The position numbers and the translations under genes are program-made. This document shows, one piece after another, positions 28,168-36,832 of a stretch of DNA of 64,000 nucleotides. The stretch comes from an uncultured Planctomycetaceae bacterium (GTDB lineage Bacteria > Planctomycetota > Phycisphaerae > SM23-33), in assembly GCA_964557575.1 (NCBI GenBank), contig CAZLBC010000012.1, positions 17,400 to 81,399 of the forward strand. Reading direction: 5' to 3'. Each line of letters starts with the position of its first letter. Within the stretch, counting starts at the first letter, position 1. Below the pieces are notes generated by a model, which searched no databases, was not told where the DNA came from, and worked only from the letters and a program-made list of their open reading frames with translations.

Positions 28168-30762
28168 ATGACGAAAGGTGAAAAAAATACGAGAAACACG
28201 ATGGATTCATCAGGCCACGGCAATGAAAACGGCAAGAAACTGGTCATTGTTGAATCCCCGGCCAAGGCGAGGACGATCAATCGTTACCTGGGCAATGACT
28301 ACATTGTGAAGGCCTCGATGGGCCACGTTCGTGACCTCCCGAAAAAGGGCTTGAAAGGCAAAAAACGCGCGGTTCCGGGCGTCGATATTGAGCATGATTT
28401 CGAGCCGACGTACACCCCCCTGCCCCGAAGCAAAAAAAACCTCGCGGAGCTGAAAAAATTCTCGCAACAGGCGTCGAAAATCTATCTCGCCACCGACCTC
28501 GACCGCGAAGGTGAAGCCATCGCCTGGCACCTGGCCGAGAGCCTCAAGCTGCCGCCGGAGAAGACCTTCCGGGTGGTCTTCAACGAGATTACGCGATCCA
28601 CCATACGCGAGGCATTCGAAAACCCACGGCATCTCGACATGCACATGGTAAACGCCCAGCAGGCACGGCGCATACTCGACCGCATCGTCGGATACCAGGT
28701 CAGCCCGCTGCTGTGGAAAAAGGTCGCGGGAGGCCTCAGTGCCGGACGGGTCCAGTCCGTCGCGGTACGGCTGATCGTGGAACGCGAAGAGGAGATCGAC
28801 GCCTTCGAACCCGAAGAGTACTGGCGCATACGGGCGGTGTTCTGCAACGACCCGGCAGCCGCCGGGACGATCGCCGAGGGGTGGAAAGCGCTGACGGCCC
28901 GAAAAGACGAAAACGGGCGCGACCTCCCGAAAAGGGAAATCCGGTCGTGGCTCGCCGACCACGGGGCGTTTGAGGCCGAGCTTGAAAAGTGGAACGGCGA
29001 AAAATTCAAGGCCGGCGGTGAAGAAACCGCCTTGGCCGTCGCGACCGCCCTGGGCGTCGATATCGAGGACATAACGCGGACCGAAGACGAAAAGGCGAAA
29101 GGAAAAGCCCGCAACCGTGTGATTGTCTCCGGCCGCATCACCCCCGATGCACTCCGTGCCGTGATTGCCGCAATCGAGAAAAAGGAAACCCGCACCAGGC
29201 CCTATGCCCCGTTCATCACGGCGACCCTCCAGCAGGCCGCGAGCATACAGCTCCGCTTCAGCGCATCGCGGACCATGCGGATCGCCCAGCAGCTCTACGA
29301 GGGAATCAATATCCCCGGCGAAGGGCACATCGGACTGATAACCTACATGCGGACCGACAGCCGCAACCTTTCACGCCTCGCCGTTTCCGGGGCGCGGGAA
29401 CTGATAGAACAGGAGTACGGGGATCGCTATCTCCCGGAAAAACCGAACGTCTACGCATCGGGCAAGCGGGCGCAGGAAGCCCACGAGGCCATCAGGCCGT
29501 CCGATCCCCGGCGGAAACCGGAAGATATCAGTAACGCCCTCACCAACGAGCAACTGAAGCTCTATTCCCTGATATGGCGACAGACCGTCGCGTCTCAGAT
29601 GACCCCCGCCGAATGGGAGGTAACAGACGCTGAAATAGTCGCCCGGACCGGCGAAGGCGAGGCCGTATTCAAGGCCTCGGGCCGGCGCCTGGTATTCGAC
29701 GGTTTCCTGAGGGTGGCCGGGATGCCCAGGAACGGCGACCAGATTCTCCCCGAACTGAAGGAGCGACAAAAAGTCGGGACGGTTTCCATCGCACCTACGC
29801 AACACTGTACCCAGCCGCCGCCGCGCTACACCGAAGCATCGCTGGTCAAGGCCATGGAGGCCAACAACATCGGGCGTCCCAGCACCTATGCCCCCATCAT
29901 CCAGACGATCCAGGACCGGAAATACGTGGAGCTCATCAAGCGATCCTTTCATCCCACGGATATGGGACGGGTGGTGACCAAAAAGCTGGTGGAAAGCTTC
30001 CCCGATCTTTTCGAGACCGGCTTCACCGCCCACATGGAAAACCAACTGGACCTGATCGAGGAGGCCGAAAGCGACAGGGTGTCCGTGCTGCGGAACTTCT
30101 ACGGCCCGTTTGAAAAACAACTGGAAAAGGCCGCTGAAAACATGGTCCACGCAAAGGCCGAAAGCGAGGAAAGCGACTATACCTGCCCGACCTGCAGTGC
30201 CCCCATGGTCTACCGGTTCGGAAAAAACGGGCGTTTCTTGAGTTGCTCGGCATATCCCGACTGCAAGACCGCCATGCCGATCGACCGGGAAGGCCGTCCC
30301 CTGGAAACAAAGCATGTCGATGTCGCCTGTCCGGAATGCGGCGCCCCCATGATGCTTCGCCGTGGACGGTTCGGTCCGTTTTTGAGCTGCAGCACGTATC
30401 CGGACTGCAAGGGAACCGTGAAACTCGACAAAAAGGGGCAGGTCAAGCATCCGGCCCCACCGCCACTGGAAGTCGATGTTGCGTGTCCTAAATGCGGCAG
30501 CGCGACGATGAATCTCCGGCGGGGCAAGCGCGGTCCCTGGATCGGATGCGTCAACTATCCCAAGTGCCGGGGACGCGCCAAATGGTCTGCACTGGACGGT
30601 GAGAGAAAACAGGAACTGGAAACAGCGCTGGACAAACACGAAAAGGACAATCCGGTGCCGACGTTGAAAAAACTCGACGGAGAACCCGTCGGCGACGGCC
30701 ACATGCCGGTTGAAATCGAGGGGGAAAACGAGGTCCCCGCCCCCGGCAGCAAGGCCGAATAG
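28168..30762 (+). CDS. topA: DNA topoisomerase I with C-terminal zinc ribbons (start could also be 28147, 28165 or 28201)
   Basis: LVIVESPAKA, ATDLDREGE, SAGRVQS, ITYMRTDS, QEAHEAIRP, IGRPSTYA; three C4 zinc ribbons. Confidence 0.97.
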   Translation: MTKGEKNTRNTMDSSGHGNENGKKLVIVESPAKARTINRYLGNDYIVKASMGHVRDLPKKGLKGKKRAVPGVDIEHDFEPTYTPLPRSKKNLAELKKFSQQASKIYLATDLDREGEAIAWHLAESLKLPPEKTFRVVFNEITRSTIREAFENPRHLDMHMVNAQQARRILDRIVGYQVSPLLWKKVAGGLSAGRVQSVAVRLIVEREEEIDAFEPEEYWRIRAVFCNDPAAAGTIAEGWKALTARKDENGRDLPKREIRSWLADHGAFEAELEKWNGEKFKAGGEETALAVATALGVDIEDITRTEDEKAKGKARNRVIVSGRITPDALRAVIAAIEKKETRTRPYAPFITATLQQAASIQLRFSASRTMRIAQQLYEGINIPGEGHIGLITYMRTDSRNLSRLAVSGARELIEQEYGDRYLPEKPNVYASGKRAQEAHEAIRPSDPRRKPEDISNALTNEQLKLYSLIWRQTVASQMTPAEWEVTDAEIVARTGEGEAVFKASGRRLVFDGFLRVAGMPRNGDQILPELKERQKVGTVSIAPTQHCTQPPPRYTEASLVKAMEANNIGRPSTYAPIIQTIQDRKYVELIKRSFHPTDMGRVVTKKLVESFPDLFETGFTAHMENQLDLIEEAESDRVSVLRNFYGPFEKQLEKAAENMVHAKAESEESDYTCPTCSAPMVYRFGKNGRFLSCSAYPDCKTAMPIDREGRPLETKHVDVACPECGAPMMLRRGRFGPFLSCSTYPDCKGTVKLDKKGQVKHPAPPPLEVDVACPKCGSATMNLRRGKRGPWIGCVNYPKCRGRAKWSALDGERKQELETALDKHEKDNPVPTLKKLDGEPVGDGHMPVEIEGENEVPAPGSKAE

Positions 30763-30812
30763 TTTGTCGTCGCCTCTTGCGTCACCGCCCGAATCGCACT
30801 AGATTGGTCACC

Positions 30813-31709
30813 ATGACCGGCCCCGATCGAAACGTCTACCTGAGCGGTGAGATCATTCCCGCGGCAGAAGCGTCCATCGACATCGCGGACCCCGCCTTTC
30901 TTCACGGTTCCGCGGTCTTTACAACGATGCTCGCGAGCCGGGGGACGGTCTTTCGTTTTGACCGTCACCTCAAAAGACTCTCGGACAATGTCAACGTTCT
31001 CGGGCTCGACGTCGAGGTCACTACCGGACAGTTGGTATCCGGCATGTACGCCGTCATCGACGCCAACGGACTTTCCGAGGCCCGCTGCAGGATCACCCTG
31101 ACCCCCGGTCCCCCCGACCGAAAGCCGGTCACCCTGATGACGGCCGATCCCCTGCCGGACTACCCCGCGGCATGGCACCGTGACGGTATCGCGGTTGTCG
31201 TGACCTCCCTCAAGCAGTTTTCGGGGGACCCGATGGCGGGAAGAAAAACAGCCTGTTACCTGCCCCGGATACTGGCGCGGCGCGAAGCCGCGGCAAAGGG
31301 CTCCGAGGAGGCCCTGTGGTTCACCACCGACAACCACCTCGCCGAGGCCTGTTTCTCAAACGTCTTTCTCGTCCTGAACGGCACCGTCAGGACACCCCCG
31401 AAGGACACGCCCGTGCTGCCCGGGGTGACGCGCGAAGCCGTGCTGGAACTGTGCGCGGAACGGGACATACCGGCGGACGAAGAAGGTCGCCTGACCGTCG
31501 ACGACATGCTCGATGCCGAGGAGGTATTCCTTACCAGCGCCACCATGGGCATCCGACCGGTTATCCGTATCGAGAAGCATCGAGTCGGTACGGGAACACC
31601 GGGCGACATTACGCGCGTGCTGACAGACGCGTACCGGGAGCTGGTCGCCCGCGAATGCGACCGGGGACGAGACGGAAACAACACGGCATCAGACGAGGAG
31701 GGAGCGTGA
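30813..31709 (+). CDS. Class IV PLP aminotransferase / 4-amino-4-deoxychorismate lyase (IlvE/PabC family)
   Basis: F.HG..VFTT, RHLKRL, catalytic K in GRKTACY, EACFSNVF, LPGVTR, ADEVF-like EEVFLTS. Confidence 0.88.
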   Translation: MTGPDRNVYLSGEIIPAAEASIDIADPAFLHGSAVFTTMLASRGTVFRFDRHLKRLSDNVNVLGLDVEVTTGQLVSGMYAVIDANGLSEARCRITLTPGPPDRKPVTLMTADPLPDYPAAWHRDGIAVVVTSLKQFSGDPMAGRKTACYLPRILARREAAAKGSEEALWFTTDNHLAEACFSNVFLVLNGTVRTPPKDTPVLPGVTREAVLELCAERDIPADEEGRLTVDDMLDAEEVFLTSATMGIRPVIRIEKHRVGTGTPGDITRVLTDAYRELVARECDRGRDGNNTASDEEGA

Positions 31710-31710
31710 C

Positions 31711-32811
31711 GTGAACGTAGCCGATGTATGCCGCGCCATGGAAATGATTGCTCCCGGCACGCTGGCCCGGGACTGGGACAACGTGGGACTGCTTGTCGGG
31801 AGATACAACCGAAAGGTAACGAGTGTTTTGCTCTGTATCGATTGCGGGGAGAATGTGCTGGCGGAAGCCGTCCGCAAAAAAGCGGAAATGATCATATCCT
31901 ATCACCCGCCGCTTTTCAGGCCGATTTCCCGCGTCACCGAGTCCGACGCGCCGGTCATTTACGGTGCGGCGGCACACGACAGGGCGATCTACTCTCCCCA
32001 CACGGCCCTGGACGCGGCCGAAGGCGGCACCAACGATGTCCTGGCAGAAATAGTCGGCCTCGATGACCTGCGCCCCCTCGACCCGTTCCCGGGCACCGCT
32101 GCCGGCAAGGTGGTCACCTTCGTCCCCACGGAACACGCCGCCGACGTGGCCCGGGCGGCTTTCGAGGCGGGGGCCGGGATTATCGGCGACTACACGCACT
32201 GTTCCTTCATGACCGAGGGCGTCGGAACGTTTCGCGGCGGGGAGGAAAGCAACCCGTCCGTGGGCCGCCGCGGAATGCACGAGGCCGTGGATGAAACCAG
32301 ACTCGAAATGGTATGCCCCGCCGAACACCTCGAAGCGGTCCGTGCGGCGATCGTCAACGCGCACGACTACGAAGAACCGCCGGTCGATATCTATCCCCTG
32401 CGGACCGCGCCGGGCGGCATCGGCATGGGCCGGGCGGGAAGGCTCCACCGGCCCCTCAGGCAGACGACACTTATCAACCGGATCAAGAAAAATCTGGGAC
32501 TGAAAAAAATCACCGTGGCCCTCTCGGGAGGCGGGGAACGAATGGTGGGAACCGTCGCCGTCGCCGCCGGTTCCTGCGGCGGAATGTGGCAATCCGCGAT
32601 CGAGGCCGGCGCCGGCTTCTACCTCACCGGCGAGCTCAAACACCACGAGGCACGCGCCGCCACGGCGGCGGGAATGACCGTTGCCTGCGTCGGGCATGCC
32701 AACAGCGAGCGCCCGGTCCTGCAACGCCTGAAGGACGCGATTTCCCGGCTGCTGCCGGGAATACAGGTAATCCTGTCGACAATCGACCGCGATCCTTACG
32801 AGATTATGTAA
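31711..32811 (+). CDS. Nif3-like dinuclear metal protein (GTP cyclohydrolase 1 type 2 homolog, YqfO-type with PII-like insert)
   Basis: WDNVGLLVG, YHPPLF, HTALD..GGTN, HDYEEP, TGELKHH, GHANSE. Confidence 0.92.
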   Translation: MNVADVCRAMEMIAPGTLARDWDNVGLLVGRYNRKVTSVLLCIDCGENVLAEAVRKKAEMIISYHPPLFRPISRVTESDAPVIYGAAAHDRAIYSPHTALDAAEGGTNDVLAEIVGLDDLRPLDPFPGTAAGKVVTFVPTEHAADVARAAFEAGAGIIGDYTHCSFMTEGVGTFRGGEESNPSVGRRGMHEAVDETRLEMVCPAEHLEAVRAAIVNAHDYEEPPVDIYPLRTAPGGIGMGRAGRLHRPLRQTTLINRIKKNLGLKKITVALSGGGERMVGTVAVAAGSCGGMWQSAIEAGAGFYLTGELKHHEARAATAAGMTVACVGHANSERPVLQRLKDAISRLLPGIQVILSTIDRDPYEIM

Positions 32812-32817
32812 TTCCCC

Positions 32818-34092
32818 TTACCCATCAAGTTCAAAAAGCCGGCGCAGGACTTCCGCCCGCCGCGACGCCTTGCCGGGGTCTTCTGATTGCCTGAGTTTTT
32901 CCACCGCGGGATGGCAGAATTTTCTCAGGCCCCGTCGAATGGCCCGGCGCAAAATTTCCATGTCCTCGTCCGCGTCGTCATGTGAAGACAGCTTGTTCCA
33001 CGCATCCTCGAGTTCGTCCTCGATAATCTCGTCAAGGCGTTGATAGAGGGCCTCGATCGTCGGCGCCGTGTCCTTTGAAACGATCTCCCGCATGAATGCC
33101 TCGACGTGCCGGCCGACCAGCCGCTCGCCTTCCTCGATCCAGACCCGTCGCTCGTCGAGCGTAGCCCTGACCACCGTGTCGAGATCGTCGACGTTGTACA
33201 GGAACACGTTCTCAACATCCCACACCCCGCTTTCAACATCTCGCGGGACGGCAAGGTCGATCAGCAGCATCGGCCGCCATCGCCGGCGTTTCTGGGCCGC
33301 CCGGATCATGTCGACGGTGATCACCGCTTGGCGCGAGCCGGTCGAGGTAACAACCACATCGGCAGCCGCCAGCGATTCGCCGAGCCGTTCGAACGGGACG
33401 GACGTGCCCCCGCAGCCGGCGGCGAGGCGGTCGGCCTTTACCGGGGAACGATTGCATACCAGGATCCGGGCGGGATCGAGATCGCCGACCGTGTTGAGCA
33501 AAATCCTGTTCATCTTGCCGCCCCCGACGCTCAAAATCGTGTGACCCCGCAGGGACTCGAACACGCGGTTGATACAGTCGACGGCCACCGACGCGACTGA
33601 AACCTTGCCCGCCGAAATGCCGGTCTCCGTCCTGACCTGCTTGGCGGCCCGCAGGGCCGCGTCCACGCATCCGCACAAAAGACCGCCCGCCACCCCCGCA
33701 TCAACCGCCGCCGACCGGGCCTCCTTTACCTGGGCCACAATCTGATCTTCGCCGGGCACGAGGCTGTCGAGTCCGGCGGCGACCCTGAAAAGATGGCTGA
33801 CCGCGGCATCGTCTTCGAGTGCATACAAGGCCTCCCGGAGTTCGCCGGGGCCGATGCCGCCGGTGTCCCCGAACCACTCGCCGATCTCCTCGATTCGCGG
33901 CCGGCCGTGAACCGGGCGCACCGCGTATATCTCGGTGCGGTTGCAGGTGGAAAGAATCATGAATTCAGCGTCAGGCCACGCACCGGCGAGTTGTTCGAGA
34001 ACGCCGGGGACGTCTTCCCGCGGGACGGAAAGACGCTCCCGCACTGCGAGCGACGCGGTCTTGTGGCTGATTCCGGTGCAGAGAAACCGCAT
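32818..34092 (-). CDS. hemA: Glutamyl-tRNA reductase
   Basis: GISHKTA...RE, LSTCNRTEIY, HLFRVAAGLDS.VPGEDQI, DLAVPRDV; start MRFLCTG at 34092. Confidence 0.96.
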   Translation of the reverse strand: MRFLCTGISHKTASLAVRERLSVPREDVPGVLEQLAGAWPDAEFMILSTCNRTEIYAVRPVHGRPRIEEIGEWFGDTGGIGPGELREALYALEDDAAVSHLFRVAAGLDSLVPGEDQIVAQVKEARSAAVDAGVAGGLLCGCVDAALRAAKQVRTETGISAGKVSVASVAVDCINRVFESLRGHTILSVGGGKMNRILLNTVGDLDPARILVCNRSPVKADRLAAGCGGTSVPFERLGESLAAADVVVTSTGSRQAVITVDMIRAAQKRRRWRPMLLIDLAVPRDVESGVWDVENVFLYNVDDLDTVVRATLDERRVWIEEGERLVGRHVEAFMREIVSKDTAPTIEALYQRLDEIIEDELEDAWNKLSSHDDADEDMEILRRAIRRGLRKFCHPAVEKLRQSEDPGKASRRAEVLRRLFELDG

Positions 34093-34097
34093 AGGTC

Positions 34098-35288
34098 TTA
34101 ATCCACCAGCAGGAAGCTTATCGCCATAACGAGAAATACCAGCAGGAAGCCCGCGATACCGAGAACCGCGGTGCGCCGTCCACGAAAACGGGGCGCCCAC
34201 GCCGCCGCCACGGCCGCCAGGCAGATACCCCAGCCGACGAACGCAGCCGTCACCTTCGGGTGGGTCGTCCAGTCGCTGAGCCATCGTTCAGTCTCGACAG
34301 TCAACGCGCACAGCACGCCGAATCCGATCGCGACAGTAAAGCAGAAAAAGCCGTAGGTCAGCGCGGTGCGGCAGATCCTGTCGAGCTTTTCCAGCGACGG
34401 TGCACGCCTGCTGAGCAGCGAGGCATCCCGGTGTTTCAACGCCATCTCGGTTTTGAGGAATCGCACCGCCGTCCACGCGGAAATGCCGAGGGAAAGAAAA
34501 CTCAAAAACGCCCCCGCCACGTGCCCCGCGTAGAGCATGCCCGGATCACCGTAGTATATCACCGCCCACAGGGCAAAAATGACAGCGGTCACGGCGACAC
34601 ACCCGATCAAAAGGCGATGGCCCTCTGCGGGTCGTTCATGTCGCGTCGTCCCGCGCACGGAAACCGCCGGTGTCTCGCCGGAAAGCAGGGCATCGAGGGC
34701 CCCGCGGACCGCGTTCCGCCCGCCGCGGCGATAGGTGCCGAACATGTCCCACGTGGCACTGTCGCGCATGACCGCCATCCGTCGGGACGGATCCGCGATA
34801 CTCCCCTTGAGTTCTTCGCGAAATTCACGGAGGAGTGCCGCGAACTCCCCGAGTCCCGCGGGAAGCGTGTCGCCGATATACCGCTTGACGGATCCGGCAA
34901 GCCCGGGGGCGGCATTGCCGCTCCCGACGGCGACCACCATATCTCCATCGCGTAAAACCGCGGGGCTGAAAAAATCACAATCGTCGGGCTGGTCGACGGC
35001 ATTGGCGAGGGCACCGGCCGAGCGGGCGTCTTCGGCGATGCGGGAATTCAGCGTGCTGTCGTCGGTGCAGGCGAACACGACAGCCGCGCCGTCGAGAAAG
35101 GCGGGACGGTACGGCTCCCGAATCAATTCGGCGCCGTCCGCAGTTCCGGGATCGTCATCGCCGCAAACGAGCCTGACGGCCGCACCGGCGTCCAGCAATT
35201 CACGCACCTTGCGCATCCCCACGCCGCCGCAGCCGACGACAACCGCAAGCGATCCTTCGAGTCTCAGCATAACGGGATACGTTTTCAT
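34098..35288 (-). CDS. Fusion of precorrin-2 dehydrogenase/ferrochelatase (SirC/Met8-like) and a CcsA/HemX-like membrane domain
   Basis: N: YPV.L.L.G..AVVVGCGGVG.RK, NAVD.P..CDF..PA; C: HV...FLS, PSLEKLDR, W..HPKV...W, RGRR.A. Confidence 0.85.
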   Translation of the reverse strand: MKTYPVMLRLEGSLAVVVGCGGVGMRKVRELLDAGAAVRLVCGDDDPGTADGAELIREPYRPAFLDGAAVVFACTDDSTLNSRIAEDARSAGALANAVDQPDDCDFFSPAVLRDGDMVVAVGSGNAAPGLAGSVKRYIGDTLPAGLGEFAALLREFREELKGSIADPSRRMAVMRDSATWDMFGTYRRGGRNAVRGALDALLSGETPAVSVRGTTRHERPAEGHRLLIGCVAVTAVIFALWAVIYYGDPGMLYAGHVAGAFLSFLSLGISAWTAVRFLKTEMALKHRDASLLSRRAPSLEKLDRICRTALTYGFFCFTVAIGFGVLCALTVETERWLSDWTTHPKVTAAFVGWGICLAAVAAAWAPRFRGRRTAVLGIAGFLLVFLVMAISFLLVD

Positions 35289-35344
35289 TGCTACTATGAT
35301 ACACTTCCAACGGCGGCGCGGCCAGTGATCGCTTGTCGCCGCCG

Positions 35345-36832
35345 TCAGTGCGTATACGGGCCGCGTGATGCGATATCAATACTTTCCAGCAGGGCCCGGG
35401 CCTTGTCGAGGGTTTCCCGGTATTCTTCCTCCGGGGCCGAATCGGCGACGATGCCCCCGCCGGCCTGCACGAGCGCGCGGTCACCGTCACAGATAATAGT
35501 GCGGATGGCTATATTCAAACACGCCGAACCGTCGGCCCCCACAATCCCGATACACCCGGTGTATACGCCCCTGGCCGCCGGTTCCAGTTCGTCTATAATC
35601 TCCATGGCCCGTATCTTCGGTGCGCCGGTTATGGAGCCGCCCGGAAAGGTGGACCGCAACAGCTCCGCCATGCCGACACCGTCCCTGAGTTCGCCGGCGA
35701 CGGTCCCCACCAGGTGAAATACCGTGGGATGGGTTTCGAGCCGCCGCCGGTCCGTCACCCGCACGGAGCCGAAACGACACACCCTCCCCAGGTCGTTGCG
35801 CAGCAGGTCTATTATCATGGCAAGCTCGGCATTGTCCTTTTCGCTGGAAAGCAGGGATCGGCTCGCCTCCCGATCGGCGCGGCGAGATCCTATCCGGGGC
35901 CGGGTCCCTTTTATGGGGCAGGTTATGACGCTCGACTCCCTGACTCTTAAAAACAGCTCCGGGGAACTCGATAGTACGGCGCAGTCCTCGCCGCCGGATT
36001 GAAAATGCAGCAGCGCGGAATACCACGCGGGATTCCGGGATCGCAGTATACGGTAGATGGCGGTCGGCGACGGGGAGGGACGTATAGTGAACCGCTGGGA
36101 GAGGTTCACCTGGAATATGTCGCCGGCGGCGATGTAATCGACGCATCTGCCGACCGCGGCACGATAATCGCCGGGCAGAAAATTGCTCGCGGCCGGCAAC
36201 GACAGCCGGCGCTCGGCCGGATCGGCCAGGGGAGGGAATGCGTCCCGGCCGCCCGCCCGGAGCAGGTCCAGGAGCCGCTCGGCAGCCCGGCCCGCACCCG
36301 CCGGCGTTTCATCGAACACCAGCTCGGCCAGGGACCACGCCCGCGTCGCCGCATCGTATACCAGCAGCGCATCGAAGAACGCCAGCCGCATGTCCGGCAG
36401 AGACGTATCCCGGGGCACCCGACACGGAAGCACCTCGATCAGGCGGCCCAGTTCGTAGCCGAAATAGCCGATCCACCCGGGAGAAAAGGGAGCGGGATGC
36501 TTTTCACGGACAGTCACGCAGGTAAAGGCCCGTTCCAGCGCGGCCCAGATGCCCTCGGCTTCCGCAGCGACGGCGACGCCGCGACCGTCGCGAAGAACAG
36601 CGTCGGCCAATTCAAGGACCCACAGGGGCGAACAGGCAAAAAGCGTGTACCGTCCGTGTTCCGGATGGTAGGCGGAAGAATCGAGGACGCAGGGATTCTC
36701 CAGCTTCGCCAGCAGCCCGAGAAGGCTTCCCGGATCAGCGTCGTGATTGAGCCGGGTGACCGTGAGGATCGCTTGCATGGCGACCGGCTCTCCGGCGGCC
36801 GGCATCATTCCGGGTGGTATCGATGCCGTCAT
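35345..36832 (-). CDS. pabB: Aminodeoxychorismate synthase component I (TrpE/PabB family)
   Basis: GDIFQVNLSQRF, SSSPELFL, PIKGTR, KDNAELAMIIDLLRNDLG, FPGGSITGAPKIRAM; ATGA overlap with the upstream gene. Confidence 0.88.
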   Translation of the reverse strand: MTASIPPGMMPAAGEPVAMQAILTVTRLNHDADPGSLLGLLAKLENPCVLDSSAYHPEHGRYTLFACSPLWVLELADAVLRDGRGVAVAAEAEGIWAALERAFTCVTVREKHPAPFSPGWIGYFGYELGRLIEVLPCRVPRDTSLPDMRLAFFDALLVYDAATRAWSLAELVFDETPAGAGRAAERLLDLLRAGGRDAFPPLADPAERRLSLPAASNFLPGDYRAAVGRCVDYIAAGDIFQVNLSQRFTIRPSPSPTAIYRILRSRNPAWYSALLHFQSGGEDCAVLSSSPELFLRVRESSVITCPIKGTRPRIGSRRADREASRSLLSSEKDNAELAMIIDLLRNDLGRVCRFGSVRVTDRRRLETHPTVFHLVGTVAGELRDGVGMAELLRSTFPGGSITGAPKIRAMEIIDELEPAARGVYTGCIGIVGADGSACLNIAIRTIICDGDRALVQAGGGIVADSAPEEEYRETLDKARALLESIDIASRGPYTH

